Shown: positions 39,556 to 53,880, counted from the stretch's first letter. The stretch is DNA of 64,000 nt from Octopus vulgaris (GCA_951406725.2 OX597823.1:34410001-34474000), one strand, 5' to 3'. The notes: generated from the sequence alone by a model not told the origin. A program made the numbers and translations.

Positions 39556-39766
39556 TATGTGTAACAGTGGGAGTTTAATGGGTTTAATGTTAGAGTCGAA
39601 CCTGAATGGTTTGTTATACATCAAATGCATCCTATCTTATGTATTTACATACATACATAGGTGCATGGATGCATACATACACACATACATATGTACATAC
39701 ATATATGCATATATACATACATACTTACATACATACATGCGTGCATACAACATGCATACATACATG

Positions 39767-41162
39767 TGGAAAACTGCCAGTGTCATTCCTCTGTTCAAAA
39801 AGGGCGACCGCACATCACCTGTCAACTATCGCCCAGTCAGTCTCACTAGCTGTATTGCAAAACTGATGGAATCGTGTGTCAGAGAAACACTCTGGAACTT
39901 CTGGAGCTCTCACAGTCTCATCCGACCCTCACAATATGGATTTGTCCCTAACTCCAGCTGCAGTGATCAGCTCGTCGAGTTCCTTGAGGACATTACTCAG
40001 ATCACTGACAGTGGCTCATGGGTGGATGTTGTCTACCTTGACTTTGCTAAGGCTTTCAACTCTGTGCCACACAAAAGGCTTATGGTGAAACTCTCTGCAA
40101 TGGGTGTGAGTGATGACCTTTTTAACTGGTTGAAATCCTTCATTCTCAGCCAAAAGGAGGTAGTCACAGTTCTAGGACAGCATTCTACACCATATGAGAT
40201 GTCATCGGGTGTACCACAGGGATCTGTCCTTGGTCCTCTCTTGTTTGTGACATACATTAATGACATAGATGCCAATTTAAAGAATGCCACAGTATTGAAA
40301 TATGCAGACGACATCAAGCTGTACCTTGAAATCAAGAGGACAGATCCTGATGTCTACAACTCTTTCTTGCAATCAGACCTAGACACAATGCAGCAATGGA
40401 TCACTGACTGGCAACTGAAACTGGCTGTGGACAAGTGTACAACCATGCATTTTGGGAGAAAAAACCCTGCGTCCACATACTCCCTCCACAACACTGATAT
40501 CAAGAAATCCTCTTGCGAGTGTGACCTAGGCATCACTGTCAGCAGTGATTTGCGTTGGACAAAGCATATCTCTAAAATTGTCAAGAAGGCCGAGGGTGTC
40601 TTGGCATCACTCAGCAAGACTTTTGTTAGCCGCTCTCCAGCCATCTATTTAAAACTGTATACAGCTATGGTACGACCACACTTGGAATTCGCATCATCAG
40701 TTTGGAACCCCTATCTTGCTCAGAACATTGACCTCCTGGAATCTGTCCAGAGACGTGCAACCAAACGCATATCCTCCATCAGACACCTACCATATTCTGA
40801 GTGCCTTGTTTCCCTGGGCATGGATTCACTGAAGCTCCGGCATCTGGCGACGGACTTGGTAAACACCCACAAAGTTATCAACCACCTCACCAACAACAAC
40901 ACTGAACACCTTTTTGATCTCCATGTGTCTAACACACGTGGACATGCCTACAAAGTCAGAAAACAACACAACTTCCATGACTTTCGGAAACATTTTTTCA
41001 TGCTCAGAGTTGCTGAAGCATGGAATAAACTGCCTGCATCAGTTGTTGACTGCCATGACACTGCATCCTTTAAGGCCCTCATGCTTTCCGAAATCCGTCG
41101 AAACTACACCTGATTATATATACACTTTAGATGAGTTGTAGTGCACCTGAGCTCTGTACACA

Positions 41163-41200
<38 letters not shown>
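39767..41200 (+). mobile_element. 5'-truncated CR1-clade LINE with uninterrupted RT frame
   Basis: Open from WKTASVIPLFKKGDR..NYRPVSLTS to the stop at 41113. (ATT)n tail. Confidence 0.95.
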
Positions 41201-41201
<1 letters not shown>

Positions 41202-41235
41202 CATGCATGCACGCACGCACACACACACACACATA

Positions 41236-41308
<73 letters not shown>

Positions 41309-41319
41309 TATTATCTCTC

Positions 41320-41555
41320 CTTCTTCCTAGCTCTATTATGTGACCCCTCTGTCTGGCATTAACCATGATAGATCGCTAGCCATTAAACGTTTTTCTATTT
41401 TCTCTCCCAGTTTATTTCTGTGTTCCTTTCTGTTGAAGAGTGTAGGCTCGAAATGTAATAAAACTTTCTCACTTCATGAGCATTAAACTAATACATCTGT
41501 TTGTTGTTTACACACCTATCTTCATCTTCTTTTTTTTTTTTGTAAATTCTCATCA
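41320..41555 (+). mobile_element. hammerhead-like family E copy
   Basis: cttt-CTGTTGA-a-gagt gtag gctc-GAAA-tg-TA at 41426-41457. Ends at (TA)n. Confidence 0.65.
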
Positions 41556-41587
41556 TATATATATGCCACCTGTATATACATATATAA

Positions 41588-41648
<61 letters not shown>

Positions 41649-41649
41649 C

Positions 41650-41895
41650 AGGTGGCACGTAAAAAAACATTTCGAGCGAGGTCGTTGCCAGTACCGCTAG
41701 ACTGGCCCTCGTGCCGGTGGCACGTAAAAGCACCCTCTACACTCTCAGAGTGGTTGGCATTAGGAAGGGCATCCAGCTGTAGAAACTCTGCCAGATCAGA
41801 TTGGAGCCTGGTGCAGCCATCTGGTTCGCCGGTCCTCAGTCAAATTGTCCAACCCATGCTAGCATAGAAAGCAGACGTTAAATGATGATGATGAT
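41650..41895 (+). mobile_element. RTE 3' tail fragment
   Basis: Close match to 21160-21460. Confidence 0.85.
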
Positions 41896-43264
41896 ATATA
41901 TTTTCCAGAATTCCACCTCACAAGAGGAGTCAGAGATGAAGAGTTCAAGAAAAAAGAAACGGTCAGGATGGAAATCCATAAAGAAAGGTGTGTCAGAGGT
42001 ATGTTGACATATGCTGACATATAAACAGTGTTACAGAGCTGTATGTGAATGTGTGTGTGTATGTGCAAATATCTTGTACCATATTTGCTCTGGCCCCTGT
42101 TTTTCATACCCTACAACTCTCCTCTCCTTATTCTCCTACCATAAAGTCTTGCTTCCTCACTCGAGGCTTGTTGTCCTGAAAACTGCACGGTAAGCAAACT
42201 TGTGTTGGTGGCATTAAGAAGCATGGACTGTTACAGCATGGACTAGTTGCTTCCTAATGCCAACCCACTTTCAGCCTGTAAGGTGGTTGGCATTAAGAAG
42301 ACAACAGACTTTCACACAGTTTCTGCCTACAAAATTCACTTCCATGGCATTGGTCAGCCTGGGGCTATTGTAGAAGATACTTGTTCAAAGTGCCACGCAA
42401 TGGGACTGAACCCCAAACCATGTGGCCGCAAAGTGAGCTTCTTAACCATTCAGCCACCATGCCTCTGCCTAGGTTTTAATAAATTGTACAATGTATTAAC
42501 TAACCATAAACAAGATTAAGCAATATGCTATAAAATGTCAAAGCTACAGCTGCTCTGATTTAGTGACAATAAGAACTATATCTCTCTCTCACTTACTTTC
42601 TATCACTCTCTCTGACTCTCGATCACTCTCTCCCCCTCAACACACATTTATAGCAAAGACGGAAGAAAATGAAACCTCTAGAAAATGGTAACTCTGCCAC
42701 AAACATTGATCGATAGACTTAATCTATTGTCTGCTTTAACATCATTATCAACACTGCTGTTGAGCAGGATATCAGTTCCTTCTGAAAGCCTTAAAAGGGG
42801 TCATAGGCACCACCTTTCTTCAATCCTTAAAAAAACACAGAAAAGTTGTAGAGATTTATTTCATTCAAAGTACAGATGCCTCTCTTTTATTAACACTTAA
42901 CAGACAGAGTGAGTCAGTTGATACAGAGGTTTTGGGAAGGAATGGTTATAAGAGCGATATCCTCATGTATGGCCTTTGACCAAATTTAACATCTGACAAT
43001 AACTGTCAGCACTTAAGTGAAACATGAGCATAAGATGGTAAACTGAATGTTGAACATGTAGTAGACATGTTGTAGACATGTAGTAGACATATTACTAAAA
43101 CACTTGGACAATTTTATGACTAAAAATAGAAAATCTAAATTCTCTAAATTTGAATTTTGCCTTTGACTCAACCCAGCTTTCCACTTTAACCGTTTTATTT
43201 ACTCACCCACCTCAGACCACCCTAGCTTTATAATACAATCTTCCCATTTTAAAGAGATCTAAAT

Positions 43265-43344
43265 CAGGGGTTCCTAATCTTTTTACTACCAAGGACCCCT
43301 TTTATTTCAATGAGTTTTCCCACAGACCACAGGATATTCTTATC

Positions 43345-43380
<36 letters not shown>

Positions 43381-43463
43381 AAATTTTGAATTTAGTTCAT
43401 GGATCCCCAGTAGTACCTTTACGGACCACCAGGGGTCTACGAACCCCAGGTTGGTAGCCACTG
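43265..43463. mobile_element. hAT (Charlie-like) MITE
   Basis: TIRs caggggttcctaa / ttggtagccactg. Perfect 8-bp TSD ATCTAAAT at 43257-43264 and 43464-43471. Confidence 0.85.
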
Positions 43464-43642
43464 ATCTAAATTAAAGCTTTCTATCAACATTTCATGTTAA
43501 TTTGTTTCAGACACCATCTTAATAATAACACAAATTTATTTTATTAAATATTTAATTGTCTTTAAAATTCATTGAAACAAAGACAGTTAATTTCAATAGA
43601 AATGATCATCATTATCATCATCGTCGTAATCATCATCATTGA

Positions 43643-43674
<32 letters not shown>

Positions 43675-44121
43675 CCATCGATTGATGTCCATGTTCCATA
43701 CTAGCATGGGTTGGACGGCTTGACAAGGATCCATTGAGTTAAGGACTGCATCATGCTCCGTTTTTCTGCTTTCCCATGGTTTCTATGGCTGGTGGCCCTT
43801 CCTAACACCAACCACTTTACAGTGTGTATACTCTAATAGAAATATAATGACAAAAGGACAAATGGTTTACACAGAGGAAGAAAGGGCAGCTGCCAAAACC
43901 CCTTTAGAATCAGACACTTAAATACTAACAAGACTGGGGAATAGGGGAAACCAATTTTTTCAGTGAGATATAACCAAAAACAACCCCTCCATTTCATACA
44001 CACACACATACACACTCATACATACATACTCACACATACTCACTCATACATACACACTCACATACAAACTCATACATACACATTCGCTCATCATAAATGA
44101 TTCCAATAGTTCCAGTGTATT

Positions 44122-44249
44122 GCTCACCTCATCTGAAGGTGGTACCTCTGAGGTAGTAGCTCACCTCATCTGAAGGTGGTACCTCTGAGGTGGTAGCTCA
44201 CCTCACCTGAAGGTGGTACTTCTGAGGTGGTAGCCCACCTCATCTGAAG
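44122..44249. repeat. 37-bp minisatellite, ~3.5 copies
   Basis: gctcacctcatctgaaggtggtacctctgaggtggta starting at 44122, 44159, 44196 and 44233. Confidence 0.9.
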
Positions 44250-44664
44250 AGTATATGTTTATGCATATGCCTGTACCCATAGGAAGAGATAATGATGTGT
44301 TGTAAAGTATGAATGTGTTGTCTAAACTTATCAAATATAACTATATATTAGAATATATTTGTATAAACACACACACATGCACACACACACACACATGCAC
44401 ATACACACACATGCACACACATTGTTGGTGTTAGGAAGGGCATCCCTACCAAAAGAGACAGTGAAAAGCCAAGAGCAGTCTTCTGCCTAGCCAACCCCAT
44501 CAAATCATCCAACCCATGTCAGCATGGGAAATGGACATTAAATGATGATGATGATGATGATGATGATATAATGTAAAGGAATAGGGATTTGAAATCTGGA
44601 CAGGTACCTTATGGGCACTCTGATATCCAGATCTGGTTAGCCATATCAAATGAAAGGGAATACT

Positions 44665-45095
44665 TTTTTATTCTTTACTCTTTTACTTGTTTCAGTCATT
44701 TGACTGTGGCCATGCTTGTTTCAGTCATTTGCTTTAGTCGAGCAAATTGACCCCAGGACTTATTCTTTGTAAGCCTAGTACTTATTCTATCAGCCTCTTT
44801 TGCCAAACTGCTAAGTTACAGGGACGTAAACACACTAGCATTGGTTGTCAAGCGATGTTGGGGGGACAAACACAGACACACAAGCATGTACACACATACA
44901 TACATACATACATACACATATACATATATATGACAGGCTTCTTACAGTTTCTGTCTACCAAATCCACTCACAAGACTTTGGTCAGTCCGAGGGTATAGTA
45001 GAAGACACTTGCCCAAGGTGGCACACAGTGGGACTGAACTCGAAACCATGTGGTTGGTGAGCAAGCTACTTACCACACAGCCACTCCTGCACCTA
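44665..45095 (-). mobile_element. SINE family A
   Basis: Colinear with other family A copies. Confidence 0.85.
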
Positions 45096-45189
45096 TGTTT
45101 AGAATTATTTAAGATAAATGTTTAGAATCATTTAAGATATCATGTCTTTATTATAACAGCCTGTATATTGCATATTATAAACTTTGGGC

Positions 45190-45637
45190 CTCACAGAAGC
45201 AGTGACAGGTGACAGAGACCTTTGGTAATATACTGTGCTTGAGAAGACCCATCAAGCCGAGTGAGATTGTGGCCAAGGCTGATGCCAATGTCGCATAATT
45301 GGCAGCCAGGCTGGTGGCACATAAAAAGCACCTTTTGAATGATAGGTAATATACTGTGCTCGAAAAGACCTGTCAAGCCAAGTGAGATTGTAGTTGTGGC
45401 TAGTGCTGGTGTTTCATAACTGACAACCATGCCGGTGGCACATAAAAAGCACCCACTACACTCATGGAGTGGTTGACATTAGGAAGGGCATCGAGCCATA
45501 GAAACCATACCAAGTCAGATTGGAACCTGGTGCAGCTCCCCGGCTTATCAGTTTTCAGTTAAACTATTCGACCCATGCCAGCATGGAAAATGGACATAAA
45601 ATGATGATAATGATGATGATGATGATGATGATGATGA
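45190..45637 (+). mobile_element. RTE 3' end fragment with an internal duplication
   Basis: agtgacaggtgacagagacctttggtaatatactgtgct matches the RTE ORF end near 20823. Tail units and (GAT)n follow. Confidence 0.75.
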
Positions 45638-45685
45638 TATATATATATATATATATATATTTGATATGTAACATATTTTCTTTAG

Positions 45686-45955
45686 TTTCAGCTACAGTCC
45701 AGAAAAATTTTGAACAACATGATGACAAAAGTACGACAAAATTCATCTAAGAGACGAGTGACCATGGTTGAAAACATTAACATAACTCCAGATTCTAAAG
45801 AGAGCAGTGGTCAGTGGGCTGAAACTCGAAGACTATCCAGTGCAGTTGAATCAAACCAATCTAATCATTCGTTTGTGTCTTCAGAGAAATGTCATCCATG
45901 TCGTATGCATGAATCTGTGATTGTGGTTCATGACATGGAAGAGGAATCGGATTAA
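45686..45955 (+). CDS. candidate terminal coding exon of the host gene
   Basis: Acceptor ttttctttag| at 45685 (alternatives at 45691 and 45697, all phase 0). Open frame FQLQSRKILNNMMTKVRQNSSKRRVTM...DMEEESD*. AT-rich downstream sequence with AATAAA at ~46500. Confidence 0.5.
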   Translation, partial: FQLQSRKILNNMMTKVRQNSSKRRVTMVENINITPDSKESSGQWAETRRLSSAVESNQSNHSFVSSEKCHPCRMHESVIVVHDMEEESD

Positions 45956-46709
45956 TATTTGCCATAAGAATTTTATCTCTTGTTTATTTCCTGTTCATTG
46001 TTAGTTGTTTACTCTTTAACATTCATTACAGTTGTTCATTGTTTGATGTTCATTCATAAACATCCATACGTGTGTCTGTAAAGATTTCCAATATGACTCA
46101 CAGAATGATAGGAGAGGATTAGAGTCAACTAAATCATTTCTTACGTCACTAATGATAAGTATTTTATTCACCTTGGAAGGATAAAAGGCCGGCAATGCCT
46201 TAAAAGGCATCAAATTGTTCACAGATGTTCATCACACAATAATATTGTTCACTGACATTTTTTATTCATTATTCATTATATGAGTTCTGATGTTCAACTT
46301 TTCTTACTCATATAACTGTACATTGTTCACTGTTTATTGTCAACAGTTTTTCATTCTATGTTTTCCTACAGAACAAAAAGTATTTGTTTACTCTTTGTTT
46401 ATGACTTATTGATAAAAAAAACTATATTTTTTTTTTGACAAAAGTTGTTCATTGTTCATTGATAACATTTTACAGATCATTGTTTATGTCTTTAACTAAA
46501 ATAAACCAACACAATTTTCAAAGATTTAATTTGCATTTGATTGGTCGACTTCTCTCATTTGCATGTTCCGACATTAAAATAGTTTTCTTAATTGATAAAT
46601 TATTTCCCAGTTACCATTACCTAGAATGTGGCAAACACAGATCTGAAAGTCCAGTCTTTGATTATACTGCAGTGCCAATAACAACAACAACAACAATAAT
46701 AATGATAAT

Positions 46710-47165
46710 GGTCTCAAATTTTGGCACAAGGCCAGCTATTTTAGAGGAAGTAGGCAAGTCTATTACTTTTACCCTTGTATATAGCTGGTACTTATTTTGC
46801 TGATCCTGGAAAAATGAAAGGTAAAGTTGGTCACAGCAGTATTTGAACTCAGAGTGTAAAGATTCAAAAGAATTGCTGCCAAACATTTTGTCCAATCCAC
46901 TCACAATTCCGCAAATTGAAGCTTTAATGATAATAATAATTATACTACTAAGAATGATAATCCTTTCTGCCATAGACACAAGGCCTGAAATGTGGATTGC
47001 AGAGGGGGTGAAATGGTCAATAACATCAGCCCCAGTACTCAACTGCTATTTATTTCATCAATACCAAAAAGAAAAAAAAAAAGAAGCAAAATTGACTCTG
47101 TTGCAATTTGAACTCAGAACATAAAGACAGACAAAATGTCACTAACCATTCTGCCAGTTTGTCAC
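46710..47165 (-). mobile_element. two SINE family B copies
   Basis: Reverse-complement similarity to 137-352. Separated by (TAA)n. Confidence 0.7.
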
Positions 47166-47223
47166 CATGGTCTCTGGGTGAGACTTGGAGTCATCTTGTG
47201 CAAATACAAAGCAAAAGCCAAAC

Positions 47224-47275
<52 letters not shown>

Positions 47276-47879
47276 GATGATGATGATGATGATGGTGGTG
47301 ATGGTGATGGTGATGATGATGATGATAATAATAACTGTACCAGACAGTGGCTCTCTTGGCTTCTGATCTTAACATGAAGTGTTATCATGTACATTGTTTT
47401 GTCTTGGTATAAAAGATATGTTACAGCAAATATTCTGCCCAATACCACAGATTTGCTTGTCAGTTGCTTGACCTTAACCAGTTGAGTATGTCCCTTAGTG
47501 GCTGACAATATGTGCATCTCTGATCACAAGCAGAAGTAGTGGGGGAGCATTGTAGCCATGTGTTGAAAGGAATTCTTGGAGGTTTGGATAAGTCACCTTT
47601 GGAAATATGGGTGGTTCGTTTAACATCCTTAAACAATCCTTATTCAGGGACCTTTTGAGCAGGAGGGGCTACTCAACCAGAAGAAAACTCTAACTGGGCC
47701 CCACCTTCAAGGTCATGTGCTGTTTATCTTGATATGAGATCACCATGTCACACACATATAGTTGTGATGCATGTGCCTGGTGTACCCTTATCAGACGGGT
47801 AGTCATGATGGGTATACTGGGCTTCGTATATTTTACCCCAGTGTCACTTTGATGGCATGCACTGCTCTCTCACTCAATG

Positions 47880-47910
<31 letters not shown>

Positions 47911-47914
47911 TAAT

Positions 47915-48376
47915 GATGATAATGCAAAGACCCTATGGGATTTTATGATTCAGTTCGACCATGAGATAGAGAATGGGAAATCAGACATAGTCTTGAGAAA
48001 GAAAACAAACTGTGCTGGATCATAGATATAGCAGGCCCAGCTGACAACAAGGTATGTGATAAGGAAGAAAGGAAAGTCGATAGATATGACAGGTTAGCTA
48101 GGGAGGTTAAGCTGTTGTGGTTCATGAAAAAGGTGGTAGTATCACCAATAATTGTCAGAGCCCTGGGAACAGTGAGTGAAAACCTTGAGAAGTACATGGA
48201 ACAAATAGCGGCTGCAATAAGGGTGGAGCACTTGCAGAAAACAGCGCTGCTTGGAACTGCTCGAATACTTCGGAAGATGCTTGAAAAATAGAGGTATTAC
48301 CTTAGTTCACTGGTAGTGAACAGTTGACACCATAATACATCTCCAGCGTTAGAAGCCATACAAAGACAATAAAGTC
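47915..48376 (+). mobile_element. R4/Dong-like RLE retrotransposon 3' end between (TAA)n tracts
   Basis: TLWDFMIQFD..KSDIV..IIDIAGP..KEERKVDRY..L..VSPIIVRALG..LQKTALLGTARILRK*. Confidence 0.85.
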
Positions 48377-48418
<42 letters not shown>

Positions 48419-48529
48419 GCAACAACAACAATAATACCGTAGGCTGCAGGTAGCAAGCCCACTACACATGCAAAACTCCAGGAAATCCAACAAAACCTGT
48501 GATAAAGAGAAATAATAATAATAATAATA

Positions 48530-48748
48530 ATAATCCTTTCTACTAAAGGCACAAAGACCTGAAACATGGGGGAAGTGGACTAGTTGATTACATTGACCTC
48601 AGTGTTTCACTGGTACTTAATTCATTGACCCATGAAAAGATGAAAGACAAAGTTGACCTTAGCAGAATTTGAACTCAGATTGTAAAGACAGATGAAATAC
48701 CACTAAGCACTTTGCCTGGCGTGCTAATGATTCTGTCAGTTTGCAGCC

Positions 48749-48785
<37 letters not shown>

Positions 48786-49020
48786 TAATAATGATGATGA
48801 TGATGATGATGATTCTTTTTAATTTTGGCACAAGGTTAGCAATTTTTAGAAGGGACAAACCAATTACATTGAGCCCAGTACTTGACTGATACTTTATTCT
48901 ATTGAGCCTGAGAAGATGAAGGGCAAAGTTGACCATAGCAGGATTTGATCTCAGAACATAAAAAAGCCTGAAGAAATACAGCTAAGCATATTTTCTGATG
49001 TACCAATGATTCTGCCAACA
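48530..49020 (-). mobile_element. two SINE family B copies
   Basis: Reverse-complement similarity to family B. (TAA)n spacer. Confidence 0.75.
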
Positions 49021-49860
49021 AAACTTAAAAGGAAAGATATTGATCTAGAAAGCCTACAAAAAGTCATTTGCAAAATCCACTAAGATATAAAACTGAGCAT
49101 GAGATTAAACAAATTTACTGAAGCGAGAATAAAAAATGAGGAGACAAATTGACTGAAACTAACAACATCAAATTAGATATTGATTGTGAAGTTGGAGAAT
49201 TAGACCAAAAACAGCCGTTAAATTACTTCAGGGTAAATAAAAATGATAAACTACAACATACAGAAATGAAGAAGAAATTAGAGATAAAACGGAAGTGTCT
49301 GACTAATGTTAAAGAGTTAAACTAGTGTTAGAAGTAAGATAATAGGAATAAACACATTAACCATGCTCGGTTATAAATTACAGTTTCAGCAAAATAAACT
49401 GGAAATTAAGTGAAATGAATAATAGATGGAAACGCTAGAAAACTGCTTACAAAGTTAATGAGAGAGAATATTCCCCCACCCCAACCTATACTGGGAGATT
49501 GGGTTTGAATAGAAATAGAAAACTGACATAAAGTAACATTTCTTGAATGAGTGAAAAATGGAGCGACTTAGAAGGAAGCAAATGGGAACTGTTTAGAGTA
49601 ATAAAATAGATGAAAAGAATTTCTTCATTTACACACACACACACATGCATGTTCAAGAAAATGCTAAACTACAAGTTGAAGGAAAAGATTTAGAGAATGA
49701 CAAAACAAACAACAGAAAAGGTTCAAAAAGACAAAAGAACAGATCAAAATGAAATTCCAGATTATATCAAATAAAAACTAGAAAGAAAAGCCACACCATG
49801 GCCAATACTCCATTTGAATCAACAGAATGAAAGCCAATAATGGTCCAAAAGATATTGAAG

Positions 49861-50112
49861 CATGTGCCTCTTATGAGCCATGTACATCTCTGAACCATGT
49901 ATCTCTTTGAACTATGGGTCTCCTGGAAGCATGTGATTCTTTGAGTTGTGTACATCTTTGAATCATGTATTCCTTTGAGCCACGTACCTTTTTGAGCCAT
50001 GTTCCTACTTAGGCCACATGGCTCTTTGAGCCAGGTGCCTCTTTGAACCTGTACTTAAGCCATGCACTTCTTTAAACTATATACCTTTTTCAGTCATGTA
50101 CATCATTGAGCC
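49861..50112. repeat. degenerate 17-bp tandem array (~15 units)
   Basis: Consensus catgtacctctttgagc. Almost all units are 17 bp despite many substitutions. Confidence 0.85.
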
Positions 50113-51338
50113 AAGTATGTCTAATGATATTTCTTTAATCTAAACACTGAGCTCTTTCAAGTATTGTATGTCTGTCTTGGAAGAGTATCCTGAAGATATA
50201 CAAATTTAAATATCTTTGGAACATTATCCACTTTTTAATGTTGTTCTTACTCCTATACAAACTTTGAACATTATTCTCCTTTCTAGTTTGTGTGCCTTTA
50301 AACACTGCCCCATTAATAGTGCTCTTGAAAAAATCGCACCTCAGGCAAAGAAAAAAATCTTCTGTTGAATATTTTCTTTGAATAAATTTATGAATAACTT
50401 TAATGTAAAGTTAACATTCAAGGTATGTTGCATGACATCTCTTGAATGAGATTGTTTTCCTCTCCCTGCCCCTTTTTTTACGTTAATAGAAATTATATAT
50501 GTTCAATGTTAAGCATAAGAGGAAAATGAAGATTAACTAGTTCAATGCCTGTCACCCCATGGACAGTAAACTGGTAAAATTTAAATTCAAATTCTTTGTG
50601 CATCAAATAAAAAATATATTCAATTCAAATACAAAGAGTCTTTCAAAGAATCAGAAAGTTATTAACATTATTGCTACTTTTCATTTTCAGAAAAATAGAG
50701 GTTATACTAGGCAATTTTTAATCACGTAAATTATTGGAATTTAGGCTGTTATATCTGAGATGCAATAAAAAAAAATATATTTTTGATAACTTGCTTTATT
50801 TTCAAGCAATTATTTAAAAATAACTTATTCACTACAATTACACATTGGACAACACACTTTAGTCATCCCCCAAAATACAAAAAAAAACTGTTAACTTCAC
50901 TTAAGCATTTATGTTTTGGTATCAAAATTATCATTGTTCTGATCACAGACACAGTTCCAATGCAATTTTTATACCAAATATTAGTTTGAGGAAAAATTTC
51001 ATGTACTGTATTAAAATAATGCTTTTTATTTATTTTTGTGGTGTGTGTGTTCATTCAGTTCATTATTTTAACATGGTGCATAAACTTTTTCCTCAACCTA
51101 GTAATAAAGTTGATAAAGAGTTCATAACCACAGAAGAGCTGAGACTGATTTAACAATAGTTATATGCTTTATGCTGTTTATTACAGTTTTATTATTAAAC
51201 TGGGAATAAAATGAAATTGTGCTGACAACCTGAAGTGGGGAGTTCCATCTCTTTCACAAAACTAACATCCTGCTTGCTCCTGTCTGTCTCTCTTTCTATT
51301 TGTCAGCCTACCTGCCTGTTTGTTTATTTACCTGTCTG

Positions 51339-51384
<46 letters not shown>

Positions 51385-51722
51385 CTAAGGAACATAAACA
51401 CTCACTGTTTCCATGGATAGCAAAACTAGTTCAAAAATTAGGTTCAAGAAATATATTAAGCTGAAACATCAAGATGTTTGCAAGATTGTTATCATATACA
51501 CCACTGTGTGTGTGTGTGTGTGTGTGTTTTTCTATAGATCACTATGAAAATGTTATCCTATATACCATGGTGTATGTGTTATCCTATTGTGTATATGTGC
51601 ATTATCCCATAAATTATAGCATATATGTATTAACTCATGTCCCACAGTATTATCCTATATGCTACAGTGTGTATGTTATCCTATATATTACTGTGTGAGG
51701 TACTCTTCATTGAACAACCAAA

Positions 51723-51880
51723 GCTGTCCGACAAATGGGAAAGTGAAACTCTGAGTAGCAGTTTTTTGTGATATTTTTGAGATGTTTTTGCAGATTTAAT
51801 AAAAAAGCATATTACTCTACCTCTGGTATTTGAGTACTATTTTACCCACCTTGCTTCACATTTATGTGCTTACTCTGGTA
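51723..51880 (+). mobile_element. hammerhead-tail family D copy
   Basis: ctgt-CCGACAA-at gggaaa gt-GAAA-ctc t gag-TA-gcag at 51724-51761, then a tail shared with 16141 and 56205. Confidence 0.7.
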
Positions 51881-51889
51881 TTTTTTTTT

Positions 51890-52272
51890 TTTACTTGTTT
51901 CAGTCATTTGACTGCGGCCATGCTGGAGCACCGCCTTTAGTCGAGCAAATCGACCCCGGGACCTATTCTTTGTAAGCCCAGTACTTATTCTATCAGTCTC
52001 TTTTTGCTGAACCACTAAGTGATGGGGACGTAAACACACCAGCATCGGTTGTCAAGCAATGCTAGGGGGACAAACACAGACACACAAACACACACACATA
52101 CATATATACGACGGGCTTCTTTCAGTTTCCGTCTACCAAATCCACTCACAAGGCATTGGTCAGCCCGGGGCTATAGCAGAAGACACTTGCCCAAGATGCC
52201 ACGCAGTGGAACTGAACCCGGAACCATGTGGTTGGTTAACAAGCTACTTACCACACAGCCACTCCTGCGCCT
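51890..52272 (-). mobile_element. SINE family A (young, CpG-retaining)
   Basis: Full-length match to family A. Confidence 0.88.
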
Positions 52273-52288
52273 ATATACATACCGTATG

Positions 52289-52345
<57 letters not shown>

Positions 52346-52732
52346 AGGCTTGTATGTACATATGCATGTTCATATATACAAATGTATGTATATATATATG
52401 CATGAATGAATATATGTATGTATTTCGGTAAGTTGATTGGTAGGAGGTATATTTGTTTTTGTTAGGCTTCATGGAGGCAATGACCGAGACCTTTGGCATT
52501 ATGTCATGCTTGGGAAGAAGACCCATGAAACCGAGTAAAATTGCAGTCATGGCAGATACCAGTGTCATGCAAATGGCACCTGTTGAAAACCATTCCAAAT
52601 CAGACTGGGGTCTGGTGCAGCCTCCCAGGTTACCAACCCTGGTCAAACTGTCCAACCATGGCAGCATGGACAATGGATGTTCAATGATGATGATGATGAT
52701 GTATGTATGCACATATGCATGTATACAGGTAT

Positions 52733-52898
52733 CAGGGCCGGCCTTAAGGTTGCTGGTGCCCTGGGTAAGCTGAACTTTGGCATGTACAAGCTGACGACTG
52801 TGGAAATTTCCTTGTCTTTGTCATGCCTGCCTTGGCACCCCCGAGCACATGGCACCCTGGGTGGCTGTCTGAGTTGCTTGTCCTATGAGCTGGCCCTG
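52733..52898. mobile_element. hAT-like MITE
   Basis: TIRs cagggccggc / gctggccctg. Degenerate 8-bp flanks acaggtat / ataagtac. Confidence 0.65.
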
Positions 52899-53434
52899 AT
52901 AAGTACAAATACATATATGTCATGCATATGAATGTAAGTGTGTGTTCATCTATGTATGTATGAATGTATTCATTTATGTATGTATATATGTATTCATGTA
53001 TGTATGTATATATGTATTTGTGTGCTAGTGTTTGCACAACTGTGTATGGTTATGTGTGACTCATTGCAAACAGTTACAAATCATTAGAAATAATATTTGT
53101 CTAACAACTGACAACAAGTCCAGTTTATGACTGGATGTGTTTTCTAGACTAAAGCCACTGAACAGCCCTGGTAATCACACATGTTGCTAAGAGACCATTA
53201 TCTGTATATAATGTTTGTTTTATTTAGAAATGTCTCCATTGGAATGCTTTGATTGATTTACCTCTTTCTGTGGATTTGTTTGTTATTATGAAGGGAGGGG
53301 GCAGACTCCTTAACCCTTAAAATCGCTTTTACACAGGGCAAACAGCAATATTTGGGTGGGTGTGTTTGTGTAGGACTGCATGAGAAATCAACAAAAAGAA
53401 CAGCAATGGAATTTTTAAGTATTATAGTGCATGC

Positions 53435-53582
53435 ATGGCTGTGTGGTTAAAAAGTTTCCTTTCCAACCACATGGGTCTTGGTTCAGTCCCACAGCATGGC
53501 ACCTTGGGCAAGTGTCTTCTACTACAGCCCCAGGTTGAACAAAACCATGTGTGTGGATTTGGTTTTGGTTGACAGAAACTGA

Positions 53583-53681
<99 letters not shown>

Positions 53682-53683
53682 TG

Positions 53684-53716
<33 letters not shown>

Positions 53717-53880
53717 TTGCGTCTCCTTGTCTTGATATCACATGATTATTGTAAATGAGTGTCACTGTCATACAAACAATGTTCTGCAAAAAAGTGTCTG
53801 GCCATGGGGAACCATTACCTTGCTTTGAAACAGTTGTTGGTCGATGACATTTGACCATAGAAAATCTACCTCAATAAACT
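53435..53880 (+). mobile_element. SINE with family A head and a different 3' half
   Basis: Head and CORE-like region match family A. Long (GT)n, then a divergent tail. Confidence 0.7.

Noticed and set aside
39557-39766. N-terminal ~70 aa of the 518-aa ORF
   Set aside because: Read-through of (CATA)n upstream of a truncated CR1; not part of the RT.
42653-42686. Possible 34-nt exon after a pyrimidine tract
   Set aside because: Too short to support without transcript data.
44122-44249. CRISPR-like 37-bp repeats
   Set aside because: Directly tandem with no spacers, no cas genes, and a eukaryotic context.
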